Position numbers and translations under genes: made by a program. 64,000 nucleotides of DNA from Eledone cirrhosa (taxonomy: Eukaryota): contig OZ024743.1 in NCBI GenBank assembly GCA_964016885.1, positions 258,230,001 to 258,294,000 of the forward strand, read 5' to 3'. The notes under the pieces were generated by a model, which was not told the origin of the DNA, searched no databases, and worked only from the letters and a program-made list of their open reading frames with translations. Of this stretch, positions 1-13,464 are shown piece after piece (position 1 is the stretch's first letter; each line of letters begins with the position of its first letter).

Positions 1-156
1 TCATACCACTGCAAAGTGGTCGTGGAGATGCCACAGCAAAAAAGCACCACCACTCACTGTAAATGAGGTTGGTGTTAGGAAGGGCATCCAGCTGTAGAAA
101 TCAAGCCAGAATCAGTTCTCGTCCCACCCTTGCAAGCAGGGAAAAGAGGACACAAA

Positions 157-188
<32 letters not shown>
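1..188 (+). mobile_element. 3' part of SINE family A (RTE-derived tail, (ATG)n end), cut by window start
   Basis: Matches the 3' half of the full copy at 19433-19779 (ccactgcaaagtggtcgtggag...ttaggaagggcatccagctgtagaaatcaagccag...cttgcaagcagggaaaag). Ends in (ATG)n, followed by (TA)n. Confidence 0.85.
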
Positions 189-478
189 ATATATACATAT
201 ATATATATGTATATATATATATATACACACACACACACATATATATATATGTGTGTAATATAATTCAAGAGAGATAAACACAGCAGATATATACACATCT
301 GTGTTCAGATTGTAAGGGACCAGATTTGTTAGGGTGAATAGTATATTAACTGCCAGACTCAATTAATAGAAAGAATTAAGAAAAAAATAAACCGATATAT
401 ATGTATATATATATATATACAAGCAAATTATAAACGTAAACATGTAAGTATGTTTTTGAAACGGTGCGCGAGTTTGAA

Positions 479-665
479 ATTAGAAATTAGAAATTATAAG
501 CTTTCACCGTATTTTAGACTAAAGAAATTTCTAGCCTGATAGTGGGGTTTATAACCCTCGGAGAAATGGAAAAAGATGAGTGTTGCCGTACATGTACGGC
601 AACACTCATCTAGAAATTTCTTTAGTCTAAAATACGGTGAAAGCTTATAATTTCTAATTTCTAAT
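479..665. repeat. Fold-back: perfect 56-bp inverted arms (479-534/610-665) plus perfect 38-bp inner palindrome (574-611)
   Basis: Direct reverse-complement comparison of the arms. The inner palindrome is agatgagtgttgccgtaca|tgtacggcaacactcatct. Confidence 0.95.
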
Positions 666-1489
666 ATATATATATGTATATATATAAATAATTATATATA
701 TATGTATATATATGCATGTATCATCATCATCATAATTTATCATCCCTTTTCCTAATAGCAAGGGTTGGATGGATTTACATCGACCAAGCCAGTATTGAAG
801 CAGGATTACTGCCCTCCCATACAGGGTGGCAAATCTGCATCTCACTTATGTACAGTTTTACATTCTATTGAGAGCCAAGAGGAGGGTATCATGATTTTGA
901 CACAACTGAACAGTCCTTCCAATCCTTTGTTTGGCAAGCATTCTATGGCTGGATGCCCTTCCTATCACCAACAACTTTACAGTATGCACTGTGGATGTTT
1001 ATCAAGTAGATCACCAACACTGAAGGTTGTCTGTGACATGACTGAAGGGTTCTCTCAATCCTTTTTTTAGACGTGGTTTTTACAGAAGGGTGCCCTTTTT
1101 GTCACCAAGCACCTTATAGAGTGCATCAGGTTGTTTTTTTTTGTTTTTTTTTGTCCCAATGGACAAGCCCTTTCTCCTCTGTGAAGGTGGAGGCAATAAA
1201 AGAGAGATAAGTTTGAAGTTATGACAAATATGGTTGAATTTGATAGCATGATGAGTGGGAAGGGGATGTGTTGATGAGAATATTGGAGTGGTGGGAGTGT
1301 AGACTGGTGGATGGTTTGGTCATTAGTGCTGAGTTGGGGGGGGGGGGGGCACTCACCAGGGCTGTGAAAGTGGAACATGTAGTGTCAGAGAGAATAGCTA
1401 TCAAAGGTTTCATGGCCCAGTATTGGCCATATCTCCAGATTGTAAGAGGAATCAAAATTGTGACATAATCTTTGTGTGTGTGTGTCTAT

Positions 1490-1608
1490 TCATTTATGGA
1501 AGCACAAAAGTTGTAATGGGATTGCAGGCAGGCTAACGGAAAAGATAGACTTTGTATGTGGCAGATGCACAGGAGAAGTAAGCACTATGAGCACATGTCA
1601 AATCGATT
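1490..1608 (+). pseudogene. Old RTE fragment covering the C-terminal half of the PHD insert
   Basis: Translates as LWKHKSCNGIAGRLTEKIDFVCGRCTG, homologous to WVHKRCSGITGKLTKNIDFTCGRC of the young LINE. Confidence 0.75.
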
Positions 1609-1754
1609 CATCATCATCATCATCATCATTTTATGTCCGCTTTTCCCTGCTTGCAAGGGTTGGTCAGGTCCTATTCAGCACAGCATCTCTCCACTTGTCA
1701 CGGTCCTTCGTCATGTATATAGTGACAATTTTCATAAATCCTTTGTACATCAAA

Positions 1755-1938
1755 ATATATTTGCAAAATGATAAGAATGTTTTGGTGGTGGGGGGACGGG
1801 GGGGGGGGGGTTATACTTTAATAATCAAATGTTTTACAATGTGTAGTTTGTTTTGTACACAATTGTACATGTAAAACATTTGATCATTAAAGAATAACAA
1901 CCACCAGAAAAATCATACTTATCATTTTTCAAATATAT
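1755..1938. repeat. Degenerate fold-back / MITE-like inverted repeat
   Basis: atatatttgcaaaatgataag...ctttaataatcaaatgttttaca mirrors tgtaaaacatttgatcattaaag...cttatcatttttcaaatatat. Confidence 0.65.
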
Positions 1939-2159
1939 ATGTATATATGCAAACTCAGCATATTCTGTAATGTGATTGGTATTCATAAGGACACATAGCT
2001 ACAGAAAACATGGTAAAATGCAGTTTCCTGTCTTGTCTAGGAAGATAGTAACTTCAATTATGTATTGACTTGGTCCATAACTACTTGCCCAACCTATGCT
2101 TACATGAAAAGCAGATGTAAAATTATAATGATGAGGAATATATATATATACATACATAT

Positions 2160-3009
2160 ATCATCATCATCATCGTTTAACGTCCATGTTCCACGCTTGC
2201 ATGGGTTTGGACGGGAGTTTTCCCACTTGAGACAAGAGTGGTTGTCTTGCTCGGGTTTTCTACAGCTGGATGCCCTTCCTAACACCAACCACATTTACAG
2301 TGTGGGACAGGGAGGTTTTTACCGTGTTGCCTACACGGCCACATTACAGCGTGGACTGTGTGTTTTTTTGTCGTGACACCTACACAATCTCATTTGTCTC
2401 GGCCTGGATGTTGTGGCACCAACATAACTTTACATTGAAAGGGGCGGTGTGATGGGGTGGGACGGGGGTGTATTTTGTTAGAGATGCCTACTGACTGTAG
2501 TAGGTTTTACTTTGTATTTAGGTAAGGCGGGTCTTCTCTATTACTGAGTACCGCCAAAGATCTCGGTCCAGTGACATTGTCTTGGAGAGGTGTAAGTGTG
2601 TGAGGTCGGAATTTATCAGGTCGTCCCAGGTTTTTCTGGGTCTGCCTACTCCGTGGCTACCGTCTATCTTTATTGCCCTGCACTTTTTTATACAGCTGTC
2701 GTCTTTCATGCGCATCACGTGACCATACCAACGTAGCCTTCTCTCGAGCAAACAACATCTGATCCCTCTTATTTCTAATTTTTCCCTTAGTTCGTTAATG
2801 CTTTGCCGTTCACGTATATTACTATTACACATCCAGCAGAGCATGCAAGCTTCGTTCCTCTCTAGTCTGCGTATATCCTCTGCACACAATGCCCAGGTCT
2901 CACTGCCATGCAACATTGCTGTTCGTATGCAGGCATCATACAGCCTGCCTTTCATTTTTAGGGAGAACCCTTTAGCGGCTAATAGTGGTATAAGCTCTCT
3001 GAACTTTTT
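2160..3009 (-). mobile_element. RTE-clade LINE subfamily A, 5'-truncated
   Basis: ORF 2518-3057 encodes the RTE C-terminus (HGSETW, RRLRWYGHVMRM, GRPRKTW). The (ATG)n tail is at 2160 and the 5' break lies in (TA)n. Confidence 0.95.
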
Positions 3010-3121
3010 ATATATATATATATACATATATATACACACACACAAACGCACAAACACTCACACACACACGTGTGTGTGAGTGGATATTTGTATATGAATA
3101 TGTATATATTTATATATGTAT

Positions 3122-3760
3122 TGACAAAGCGAAAATGAACTGAGAAAGAAATTGGGCATAAGAGGGATCAGATGCAATGTGCAAAAGAGGAGATTGCATT
3201 GGTATGGACATGTGATACGTATGAAGGATGACAGCTGTATAAAAAGGTTCAGGGAAATCAAAGTTGATGGAAGCTATGGAGTAGGAAGATCCAGGAAAAC
3301 CTGGTATGAGGTGATAAAAGCTGACCTTAGACAATTGCACCTTTCAAAGACGACACAGAATCAATATCTTTGGCATTATGCAATAATACAGTAGACACAC
3401 CTTGCAATGCACATGGACTGAAGCATACATCTAGTATGCACCTCTTAACCACTATCCTCTCTCCCCCTATCATACACCTTCCCGTCCCTAACACCACACC
3501 CACATCTGACCATACCACCCTTACAATGTAAAGTTGTTGTTGTGTTGGTATCACAACAAAAAGCATTCAGCCTACACTGTAAAGTGGTTGTGTAGGTGTC
3601 ACGACAAAAAGCACCTAGCCCACACTATAAAGTGGTCATGTTATTATCTCAACAAAAATCACCCAGCACACACTGTAAATATGGTTGGAATTAGGAAGGG
3701 CATCCAACCTTAGAAATCAAGCTAGAAACAGTTCTGTATGAGCAAGACAAGGCCACCATG
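3122..3760 (+). mobile_element. Older RTE 3' end with about four 43-44 bp UTR sub-repeats
   Basis: ORF 3152-3394 (RRLHWYGHVIRMKDDSCIK...GRSRKTW), followed by repeated cacactgtaaagtggt...aaaaagcacccag units. Confidence 0.85.
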
Positions 3761-4287
3761 TAGGCCATGTATAAAAGTGCAACCAGCAGAGTGAGAGTTG
3801 TTAATTAGTACAGAGATGAATTTGAAATGCATGTGGGAGTCCACCAGGGATCAATCCTCAGCCAACTTCTATTTATTATCGTCCTTCAGGCTATCGCTGC
3901 AAAGTTTAGAACTGGCATTCCATGGAAGCTCTGATATGCTGATAATCTCATCCTCATAGCTGAATCTGAAGGAGAGTTAGAGGCAGAAAGTCAAGCATTG
4001 AAGAAGAAATGAGAGTTGAAAGGCCTAAAAGTAAATTTAGCAAGACATAAGTCCTAATAAGTAGGAAAGAAGACAGGAAGTTTATACTATCAGGGAAATG
4101 GCCGTGTTCGATATGTCAAAAAGAGGTGGGAAGAAATTCCAGAAGGTGCACTCAATGTAAACTATGGACACACAAGAAATGTAGTGGGATTGCAGGCTGG
4201 GTAATGGAAAAGATAGACTTTACATGCAGCAGATGCACCGTGGACATGAGCACAAAGAGCACATATGAAATAGATTCCCTCAGCTGC

Positions 4288-4966
4288 TCATCACATTCAT
4301 ACGACCAGCTATCACCCAGCCTCCAACGGAATGGTGGAGAGGTTTCACAGACATTTGAAAGCTGCACTCCACGCTACTCCTGATCCGCAACGTTGAACCA
4401 AATTTTTGCCAATCGTGCTTCTTGGTTGTCGTTCTGCCGTTAAGACAGATTTGGGTTTCTCATCAGCTGAACTTCTTTACGGTACCACCTTGACTCTTCC
4501 CGGTCAAATGCTAGCACTGGTTGACTCATTGCATCTTGATCCAACATCATATGTCACCAGGATTCGTTCTTACTTCTCGGATCTTCCACCAATGAACCCA
4601 CGTGACCAGTCTATTTCTTCTGCTGTTCCATTGGATATCTCTACATGGACACACATTTTTATACGGAATGATTCCATCAAGGGACCGCTTAAGTCACCCT
4701 ATAATGGACCTTTTCATGTGCTTTTGCACACACCAAAACATTTCACAGTGGCTGTCAATGGTCAAAAAGAGACAATATCCATTGACAGAGCAAAGAGGGC
4801 TTTCTCTGAAAGTCTCATTACAATGCCTGATATACCTCGTGCATACACTCCCACACCAACACCTTCACCTCCACCGCAAACACCACATACCACACAACCT
4901 TATGTCACACGAGGTGGCAGGACGGTAAAATGGTCACGTAAACTGTCAAACACTATATACATTTAA
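4288..4966 (+). pseudogene. Gypsy integrase C-terminal portion (CsRn1-like by recalled motif)
   Basis: ORF 4406-4966 plus upstream NGMVER motif, with one stop (W>TGA) near 4394. Confidence 0.85.
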
Positions 4967-5322
4967 CCTCTAGTGGCATTAACAAACTTTTTTTTCAGTT
5001 TCAGATAGAATTAGTCAGAAAAGTCTGTAAACTGGTGATGTATGAACTATTTGATTTTGAAGAAACTTTGAACTTACCATTGAGCATTAATTTTTCTCTG
5101 CTCCTTTATGTTAACTTTGAATTATCAGTTTTGTTACATTTACATTTTTTCTTTGTAAAATGCATTTACTTGTTTTGTGCTTTTTTGCTATTTGCTTCAG
5201 TTGCGAGCTTATGTTTTATTCATGCACTTTCTTGTACCTGTGCTTTGCTCCTCATTTCTTACAGGTTCTTGCTACAATGACCTTCGGTTGGTTATTCGAC
5301 ATCTCGTCTGAGAGGGGAGTCT

Positions 5323-5639
5323 TGTAACGCTCTCTAGACAAAAGGAAGTAACCAGAGTTACTTCTCATAGAATTCTAGAGTATTCCTTGAACTTCCGTTC
5401 CAGAGATTATAAAAGAAAGAGCAAAGGACAATCTACCTCTCTTTTACCTGCCGGCTCTAGAACTGACCACACCAAGCACAGATGCTAAACTTTTTCTAAT
5501 CCTATCTTATACCTCAAGATTACAACACATCATGGTACGAGGTACGTTTCACTACCAAAATTGTAATAAGATACTTCAATAAATACAAATCGTTACTGAT
5601 ACTCGTTTTTGAAGTATTCGTAATGTTTCAATTACTACA
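5323..5639 (+). repeat. Gypsy 3' LTR
   Basis: Starts TGTAA right after the PPT and ends CTACA. TATAAAA near 5408 and AATAAA near 5578. LINE sequence resumes afterwards. Confidence 0.7.
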
Positions 5640-5989
5640 TCGTCATTTCTTTTACATCTTCTAAACAAATTAAATTAGTGGTTGGCATGTAGTGGTATTT
5701 ACTGGAGTAAATAACTCTATGGCCAATTCACTAAAACTGTATGATGCCTGTTTGCAAACTGTAATATTTCATGGTAGAGAAATATAGACTTTGACTACAG
5801 AAGACTAGCAAAGGCTAGAAAGAAATGTGTCTACATGTCCAACCCTTGCTAGCAGGGAAAGCAGATGTTAAAATGACAATGATAATGATAATATATACAT
5901 ATATATTCATATATTCACTCACAAATACAAATGGCCAGAATGTGGTTTCTTCAATGGGGCTTTTGAGTAATGTTACTTTATAAGGTGCA

Positions 5990-6260
5990 TAACTTAGAGA
6001 TTGAGGAATTGCTTCTCCAAATGAAGTGATGACAGCTCTGATACTAGAGATATATGGTTAGAATGCCTAAGGAAAGAATTGCTGGCCATATTTTGCAGGC
6101 AAAGCCAGTCAAAAGGTGACCCGGAGATAGACGCCGAGCAAGATGTTTGGATAACATCCAAGAGCTCAGTTGGGAATACAACCGGATCAGAAGGAGATTG
6201 TTGCTTCAGAGAGTACACTCAGAAAGGCATGTCTGAGGGCTCTGTTCCCATAAGCATCCC
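5990..6260 (+). pseudogene. Ancient RTE (Expander/Rex3-like) C-terminal fragment
   Basis: Degenerate IEELLLQ..QL.Y.RYMVRMPKERIAGHILQAKP..R..R.RCLDNI. Confidence 0.6.
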
Positions 6261-6842
6261 AAGAATAAGTGGGCATAGTAGAAGAAATATCTATATATAT
6301 TGCTAATAATCTTAAATGACATAAATGGCTTTTGGATACAAATCGAATTAATCAAATCAAGTAGTTTATTTTCCTGGTTTATCATTCACCAAACTGAAAA
6401 TAAAAACTAAAAGAAGGCATTGTTATGGCCCTGACCTGGAAAACTTTCAAAAATTATTATTTCTCATTATTTATCATGACAGTTTTTAAGAATAATGCAC
6501 TAATATTTTTGGGATGGTCGTGGGGAAAATGTGTTTATTAATTTCTATACAAATTTTTGTGTATATATGTATATATACACACACACACACACACACATAA
6601 GCGTGAGTGTGTGTGTATGACTATGATATACATAGTTTATATGTGTATGTATGTGTTTATGAATATGTAGATCCACGTATGTTTATGTAAGTGTATATAT
6701 ATATATGACTATGATGTACATATATCTCTATATAGATGTTTATGTCTGTGTATGTGTGTATGAATATATAGATTAACATGTATGTTTATTCACATGTATG
6801 TGTGTGTTTATTCATGTGTATGTATATATATATATATGTGTG

Positions 6843-6900
<58 letters not shown>

Positions 6901-7059
6901 TATGAAGTAGTAGTTTAACACATGTATTTGTGTGTGTGAAAACAATTTGGAACTAGCTGCTGAAATGGTAAGTGCTCAGCTGTCAGGTCTCAACTTTATA
7001 ATAATATATATATAGGAAATATAAGGGGGGGGGGGGGTTCCATGTAGGTAGAGATATAA

Positions 7060-7865
7060 TAAAAAGAAGTTGAAAATACTTTTGGAATCTTTAAGAAGAT
7101 TTATTTACAATAACTTTACCAGTTTCACAATTTCACAATTTTCAAAATTTATGTGAAGAGAAAAAACATGGAGCTATGCTGTAACTGGCATGCACCTGAA
7201 TGAAGTTTGAAAATTCTCGTGATTCATGGATAGAACATGGCTCACATTTCTATCTGTTTAAGATACAATTTGATTGGTTGAGATGATCATGTGATTAGCT
7301 ATAGAAATTTGTTATTTTTCCACTATCTCCATGCATTCAAAAACAGTCGAGGCTCATGGGAATAAAATCTTGTTCTCTACTACGTCTATGCATTAGTGAC
7401 ACTAGCAGAAAACCACCCTTCAGGTGGTTTTCTGGTAGCATGTGTAGTGTGCATATTGATATTATACGCACATATATATCCTTTACACTCTCTTATGTAA
7501 TCAGTAAAGTAATCCACGATACATTAAAAAAATATATATTATATATAAACTGCATTAGGAGAAAAATTAGTGACGGAAATATATAAATGTTTATATAAGC
7601 GATCGCTAACTGGAAGTGTTGACATTTGAAAATTTTAAAGAAGTGACTCTTTAAATAAGCAATCAAATATATTTAATCAAGAGTTAAGAAATTTAGTAGA
7701 TAAATTATGTAATATTCATTCATTATTTATTCAAAGTAATCCAACTTGTTTTACAAATGGGATAAAAAAAAATATATTCTGGATACTGTCCCGCACTCCT
7801 TTCTTTATTATAGTTAAGATGTGTAACTTCGACATGTCAGATGGTAGAGGGAATAAGAACTGTAT
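7060..7865 (-). mobile_element. Degraded Penelope-like element 3' end, interrupted by a Helitron
   Basis: After removing 7402-7819 the minus strand reads FLFP...HRRSREQDFI, resembling a GIY-YIG C-terminus. Downstream is a degenerate TGAAAA..GAAACTGGTA hammerhead-like motif and AATAAA. Confidence 0.45.
7402..7819 (-). mobile_element. Non-autonomous Helitron
   Basis: Minus strand begins A|TCttaactataataaag and ends with hairpin cagaaaaccacc-tgaag-ggtggttttctg then CTAG|T. Inserted between A and T with no TSD. Confidence 0.8.
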
Positions 7866-8229
7866 GTGTGTGCATGTGAGTAGTTGCTAGTGAATGTACC
7901 TTGTTAATGTTTATTCAGGTATGGTTTGTATCTTTGTATAAATATATTTTCTTTATTTGTTCATGTTTGATCAATGGTATTGTCTAAACAAGGTTAAAAT
8001 GGAAAGACTTGGAACTTATTTGTCATATATAAATCTAGATGCCCATTCTGTGAAATCAGACTAGTACTGGGGTCTTGTATATTTGTGGACAATGAATAGT
8101 CAAACAAATAGGACAAACACAACTTACCTTCAGAAACAGAATTAACCTGTCACCCTCCATATGTATCACATGTCCATACCAATGCCCAAACCATTATACA
8201 AAGCAATTTATCATACAATGTGAAGGGGT

Positions 8230-8515
8230 CGTGTTGAACATGTAAGTAACTGGGCTTGATTATTGACCCAACAGTAGACTGCAATTAGGAAATCAAAGCA
8301 AGAATTGATGCTGGAAGGCTGGTTGCCCTGAGGTCACTCAATAAAATATAATGAGATCACACACTCAGCAAAATCAAGTTGAAATTTCTGAAAAGCATGG
8401 TGTGGGAAAGAGCGGTATTTGAGTGTGAAGTATGGACCCTAAGGGTGGCTGACACCAAACAATAGTGCATTTGAGATGACATGCTACAGAAGACCACTGA
8501 GGATTATGTATGGAG
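8230..8515 (+). pseudogene. Ancient RTE-BovB-like RT C-terminal fragment
   Basis: DCN.EIKARI...FLKSMVWERAVFECEVWTL..SAFEMTCYRRPLRI. Confidence 0.6.
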
Positions 8516-8609
8516 AAGAGCTGTGGCTTCAGTCTGAGGATCCTAATCCTCTACAAGGAAGAGGGGATTTAGTCATTCATTCATATATTGTTTATATCTA
8601 TATATTATA

Positions 8610-8828
8610 TTACACAAAAACAAGATGATGTAGGACAGAACAAAGGAGACACACAACATAAGAAATCAGTCTCTGGGAAGGTCATAGAATATGTGACGAA
8701 AGAACTTTATATAAATAACTACCCAGTTATTGAACCAACCAACTAGAAATTTATAATAAATTGAAGTGAAAATCAACAGGAGCATATGTTTTTATTGGCA
8801 GCATGACCCTCCCAAAGTATAACAATAT
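8610..8828 (+). mobile_element. Degraded pseudo-LTR of the PLE family at 43256-44153
   Basis: Shares the terminal tattggcagcatgaccctcccaaagtataacaatat and upstream sequence. The hammerhead core is decayed. Confidence 0.75.
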
Positions 8829-8903
8829 ATTATATATATATTTATACATAAAAATACATATATATGCGTTATATATAAACATGCACACACACCTACACAC
8901 ACA

Positions 8904-9365
8904 CTACACATCCATTACAGATGCTATGACAAAGTTCTTCCTCCTGCTCACCCTGTCCACTATTGGCATCTGAACTTGCCTTCCCTCCAGCTCGGTGTCA
9001 GCTTTAAGAATATCCTTCAGTGTGATGTCGGGTCTCCCAACCCATCTGCATGTGTCTGGCTTCCAGAAAAGAACTCTACCAGCAGGTTCTTTGAAATGTT
9101 TCACATGTCTGCTGATGCAAGACTCTGTCAAACTATGATGTCAGAAACGCAAGGGTGTGAACCATAAAGCAATTTATTTTGTATGTATGTTTTCTAGGAG
9201 ATGCTCTGGACCTTTCTCAGCATTCGCATGAATGTGCCTTTAATCCTCTTTGTGAGTGATTTTATTAATGTCCATGACTCATCCGTAGGGGAATGTGGAC
9301 TCAACCATGGCTTTGAATAACCATATATAGCGAGAATGGAGCATTTTATTGAAGATGTGAACACT
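8904..9365 (-). pseudogene. Old RTEX-like LINE C-terminal fragment
   Basis: ESWTLIKSLTKRIKGTFMRMLRKVQSIS...EPAGRVLFWKP..RWVGRPDITL. Confidence 0.65.
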
Positions 9366-9409
9366 GGTGAGATGGCATTAATACTACTACTAATATCACC
9401 ACCATTACC

Positions 9410-9632
<223 letters not shown>

Positions 9633-9827
9633 ACTAAGCAATCTTCTAGTTGAAATATAATACTGTGAGCCATAACAAGAGAAAAAGAGAGAGAGAAAGA
9701 AATAACATAGTATGCTAAAGCTTGTTCTTCTTTCGCAAGGAGATTAATTCATATTCCAGTGTATTGGCTTGACCTTTGTGGCTAGCATTAGGACAGCGGG
9801 ACAGAGAGAACATGCAAATCAGGCCAG

Positions 9828-10372
<545 letters not shown>

Positions 10373-10907
10373 AGTTCATCTAAGTAGGTAAAGGTGAAAG
10401 CTAAAGGTAAAGACAAGCAATCTTTTTTATTCTGCTCACCAAGTTCAAAATGATGCTTCCTTCACTTTTGTGCATTTTACGTAATTTTCATTTTTTTTAG
10501 TTCCCTTCTCTTTTTTCTTTTCTTTTTCCTCCTTTCTGTTTAGTTTCTGCTAAACTGAGACACAGAGGGGTGATGATGTGATGATATGATAGAGATTAAA
10601 CATTTATTTATTATCTCACAAAGCTAAAATCTAATTTGAACGAAGGAGAGAAATGGTTCACATGCTGACAGCACATACAACGCATACAACAAAATGGCTG
10701 AAACATTGTTTAATTTCTTCTTGCTTATTATGTATAGATAGTAAGTCTAATTGTGTCAGAATGTAGGACTATCTCTTACTACTCTATATATTTCTTCTTC
10801 TGTAGCATTTTCTTCTATTACTTCTTCATATTATTCTTTTGTCTTTTACTTCATCTACATTTTCCTTTCCTTCCTTTACTCTGTTCTGCTCTTCTTCATC
10901 TATAGTA

Positions 10908-11232
10908 TATCATCATCATCATCATCATTTTACGTCTGCTTTTCCCTGCTTGCAAAGGTGGGACGGGAACTGATTCTGGCTTGATTTCTACAGCTGGATG
11001 TCCTTCCTAACACCAACCTCATTTATAGTGTGGGCTGGGTGCTTTTTTGCCGTGGCACCTCCACGACCATTTTGCAGTTGAATGATATGGACCCCAGTCC
11101 CTATCATTTCATTTCTACACCTGAGTAAACTGGAGCAATGTGAAATAAAGTGTCTTGCTCAAGGAAACAACACATCACCCGGTCTGAAATTTGAACTCAC
11201 AACCTTTCGATTGCACTAAGCCATGTGCCTCC
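10908..11232 (-). mobile_element. SINE family A, near full length
   Basis: tRNA-like head (partly deleted), CORE-like ccttgagcaagacacttta, RTE-derived tail and (ATG)n. Confidence 0.85.
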
Positions 11233-12030
11233 ATACATATATATACATATAGAAAAAACACACACATACATAAATACATACATATATATGTATATCTAAA
11301 TAGATATATGTATATCTATATAGATATACACATATTGAATATACAGACACATACACATTATATATATATATATATATGCACATGTGTGTATGTGTATATA
11401 TATATATGTATATATGTATACATATGTGTGTGTGTATGTATATATGTGTATGAATTTGAATGTATATATATATGTGTGTGTGTGTGTGTATATTCTATAT
11501 GTGTGTATCTATATACATATGCACAGTCAGTCTTTTCATTTATTTATTATTATTATTATTATTAAAACCATTATTATTATATTTTCTCCTCACGTATTCC
11601 CCTCTACCCTCAGTTCGAGTTTCAGACCAACGTGAAATCTGGGCAACCTGTAATATATTGAATTGATGTCCACAATATATATATATAGAACTGCCATCTA
11701 CTGCTGGTTATAGCAATAATCTCTAAGTAGTGTCTTCAGACTACATTTCCATTATCTTGGAGAAAACACCAGAACCATTCCAGCATCTTCTTAATAGCTT
11801 CCATCTACAACAAATTTTGCCTTTTTTTCCTTTCTTTTGTTTTGGCCTTTTTTGTTGTTCTGCAGCCTTTTTTTTTTTTTTGCATCAAGTTGGTTGGGGG
11901 AGGACTTGGTTCGTATGTGTGTGTGTGTAAGTTTGTCAACATGTTTTTGTGCATGTGTGTATGTCAGTGTGTGTATATGTATACATATATAATTATCTGC
12001 ATGTTTGCATCATATATACTGAATATACAA

Positions 12031-12063
<33 letters not shown>

Positions 12064-12382
12064 AATCTTGCTAGAAGGGAAAGCGGGCGTTAAAATGATG
12101 ATGATATATATATATATGCATAAGCGTATATGCAACATATACACTGAATATATATTAATATATATGAAAACACATTCATAGACACGCACAAATATGTATA
12201 TGGGTGCATGTATGTGTATATGGGTGGATTTCTCAATTCCCATCTGGATTTATGTACACAGATATTTATGGAAGCAATTGGCAGACGATTTGGCCAGGTA
12301 TAAATGTATTTACTTTTATATCTATTTATCTATTTATATCCATCTATTTCATTTTCACTCTTCCTTCTTTCCCCCTCCTCTC

Positions 12383-12433
<51 letters not shown>

Positions 12434-12434
12434 C

Positions 12435-12484
<50 letters not shown>

Positions 12485-12492
12485 CATATATG

Positions 12493-13103
12493 GTGGTGGC
12501 TGCCAACTCATTTTTGAGTATGGCCACTACTTTATATCCATGTAGGAGAACCCCTACCGATGCGCTCAACGAGTGTGACTTTTTAGTCCAGCCAGCGCCT
12601 TGAAAACTCTGGTACAAACACTACACTTGTGACAATTATTGACACATAGTGCTGGGCCCGTGGTACCACGTGACGACAAGTGCAGAGATATCTCCAGATA
12701 TAAAGCAATGCCTGTGCCATGAAGCTTTTATAGTGAGCAAAGGCACTGCACAAAGCCAGTCCCACTCTCTTACCCAAGATGATATTTACCAAAAAGAAGA
12801 ACAAGTCAACATCATTGGAGACCATCAGGGTTGCAGGTGTTATATCAGAGTTTTCCTTCTCCTAGAATTCTGCCTTGACAAAGGCTAAGGGGTCACCTCT
12901 CCCGGTGATTTTGGATGGCCATTTACTCTTAAGAGCTCCTTTGCCCTTTGACAGGTTTTGTTTTTAGTCTTGCAGGATGTCCAAAGTCACCCACCTGACC
13001 AAGAAACCTTGGTAGGGTTGCCAGTTTAGTCGCCAATGACCCGACCATGAGACAGGTTGTACTGGGATACATGTTACCAGTAGCACCAACTGGTGACCTG
13101 ACA
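12493..13103 (-). mobile_element. Putative bipartite non-autonomous RTE-derived element (5'UTR-like + 3'-end-like parts)
   Basis: Minus strand has ggcgactaaactggcaacc and ctaggagaaggaaaactctg, recalled as RTE 5'UTR motifs. The 3' part is shared with 13219-13400. No ORF. Flanked by (TA)n. Confidence 0.55.
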
Positions 13104-13464
13104 TATATACATATATATACACACATATATATATATACATATATATATATATACATATATATATAGATCATCATCATATATATACATATATATATACACT
13201 TATATATATATATACATGATGGCTGCCCCCTCGTTATAGAGTATGGCCATTGCACAATATACCATTATTAATAATTATTAATTAATTCTATCATGCAATG
13301 CCTGTGCGTGAAGATATTTTTTAAAGTGAGGAAAGACTGTGTACTGAGCCAATCCCACTCTCTGAGCGACAGTAGCTATAACCCGAAAAGAAGAAAAGAT
13401 CAACATATACATATATACATATATATTTATATATATACATATATATATACGCATACATATATAT

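Larger units (their letters stand above)
4286..5639 (+). mobile_element. Ty3/Gypsy LTR retrotransposon 3' remnant (integrase C-half, PPT, 3' LTR)
   Basis: TTSYHPASNGMVERFHRHLKAAL...LPIVLLGCRSAVKTDLGFSSAELLYG...SPYNGPF (GPY/F motif). Purine tract gagaggggag at 5310-5319 precedes TGTAAC. Confidence 0.9.
3760..5892 (+). mobile_element. Degraded RTE LINE (RT + PHD at 3760-4285, resuming at about 5645-5892), interrupted by a Gypsy element
   Basis: VGVHQGSILS..LFIIVLQ..YADNL and PHD (CSIC..CTQCKLWTHKKC..CSRC) lie before the insert. LYDACLQT..HG..LERN and an (ATG)-like tail follow it. Stops and frameshifts present. Confidence 0.8.

Noticed and set aside
535-570. CTGATAG...GAGAAA as a hammerhead
   Set aside because: The core deviates from CUGAnGA and I found no closing stem I or stem III.
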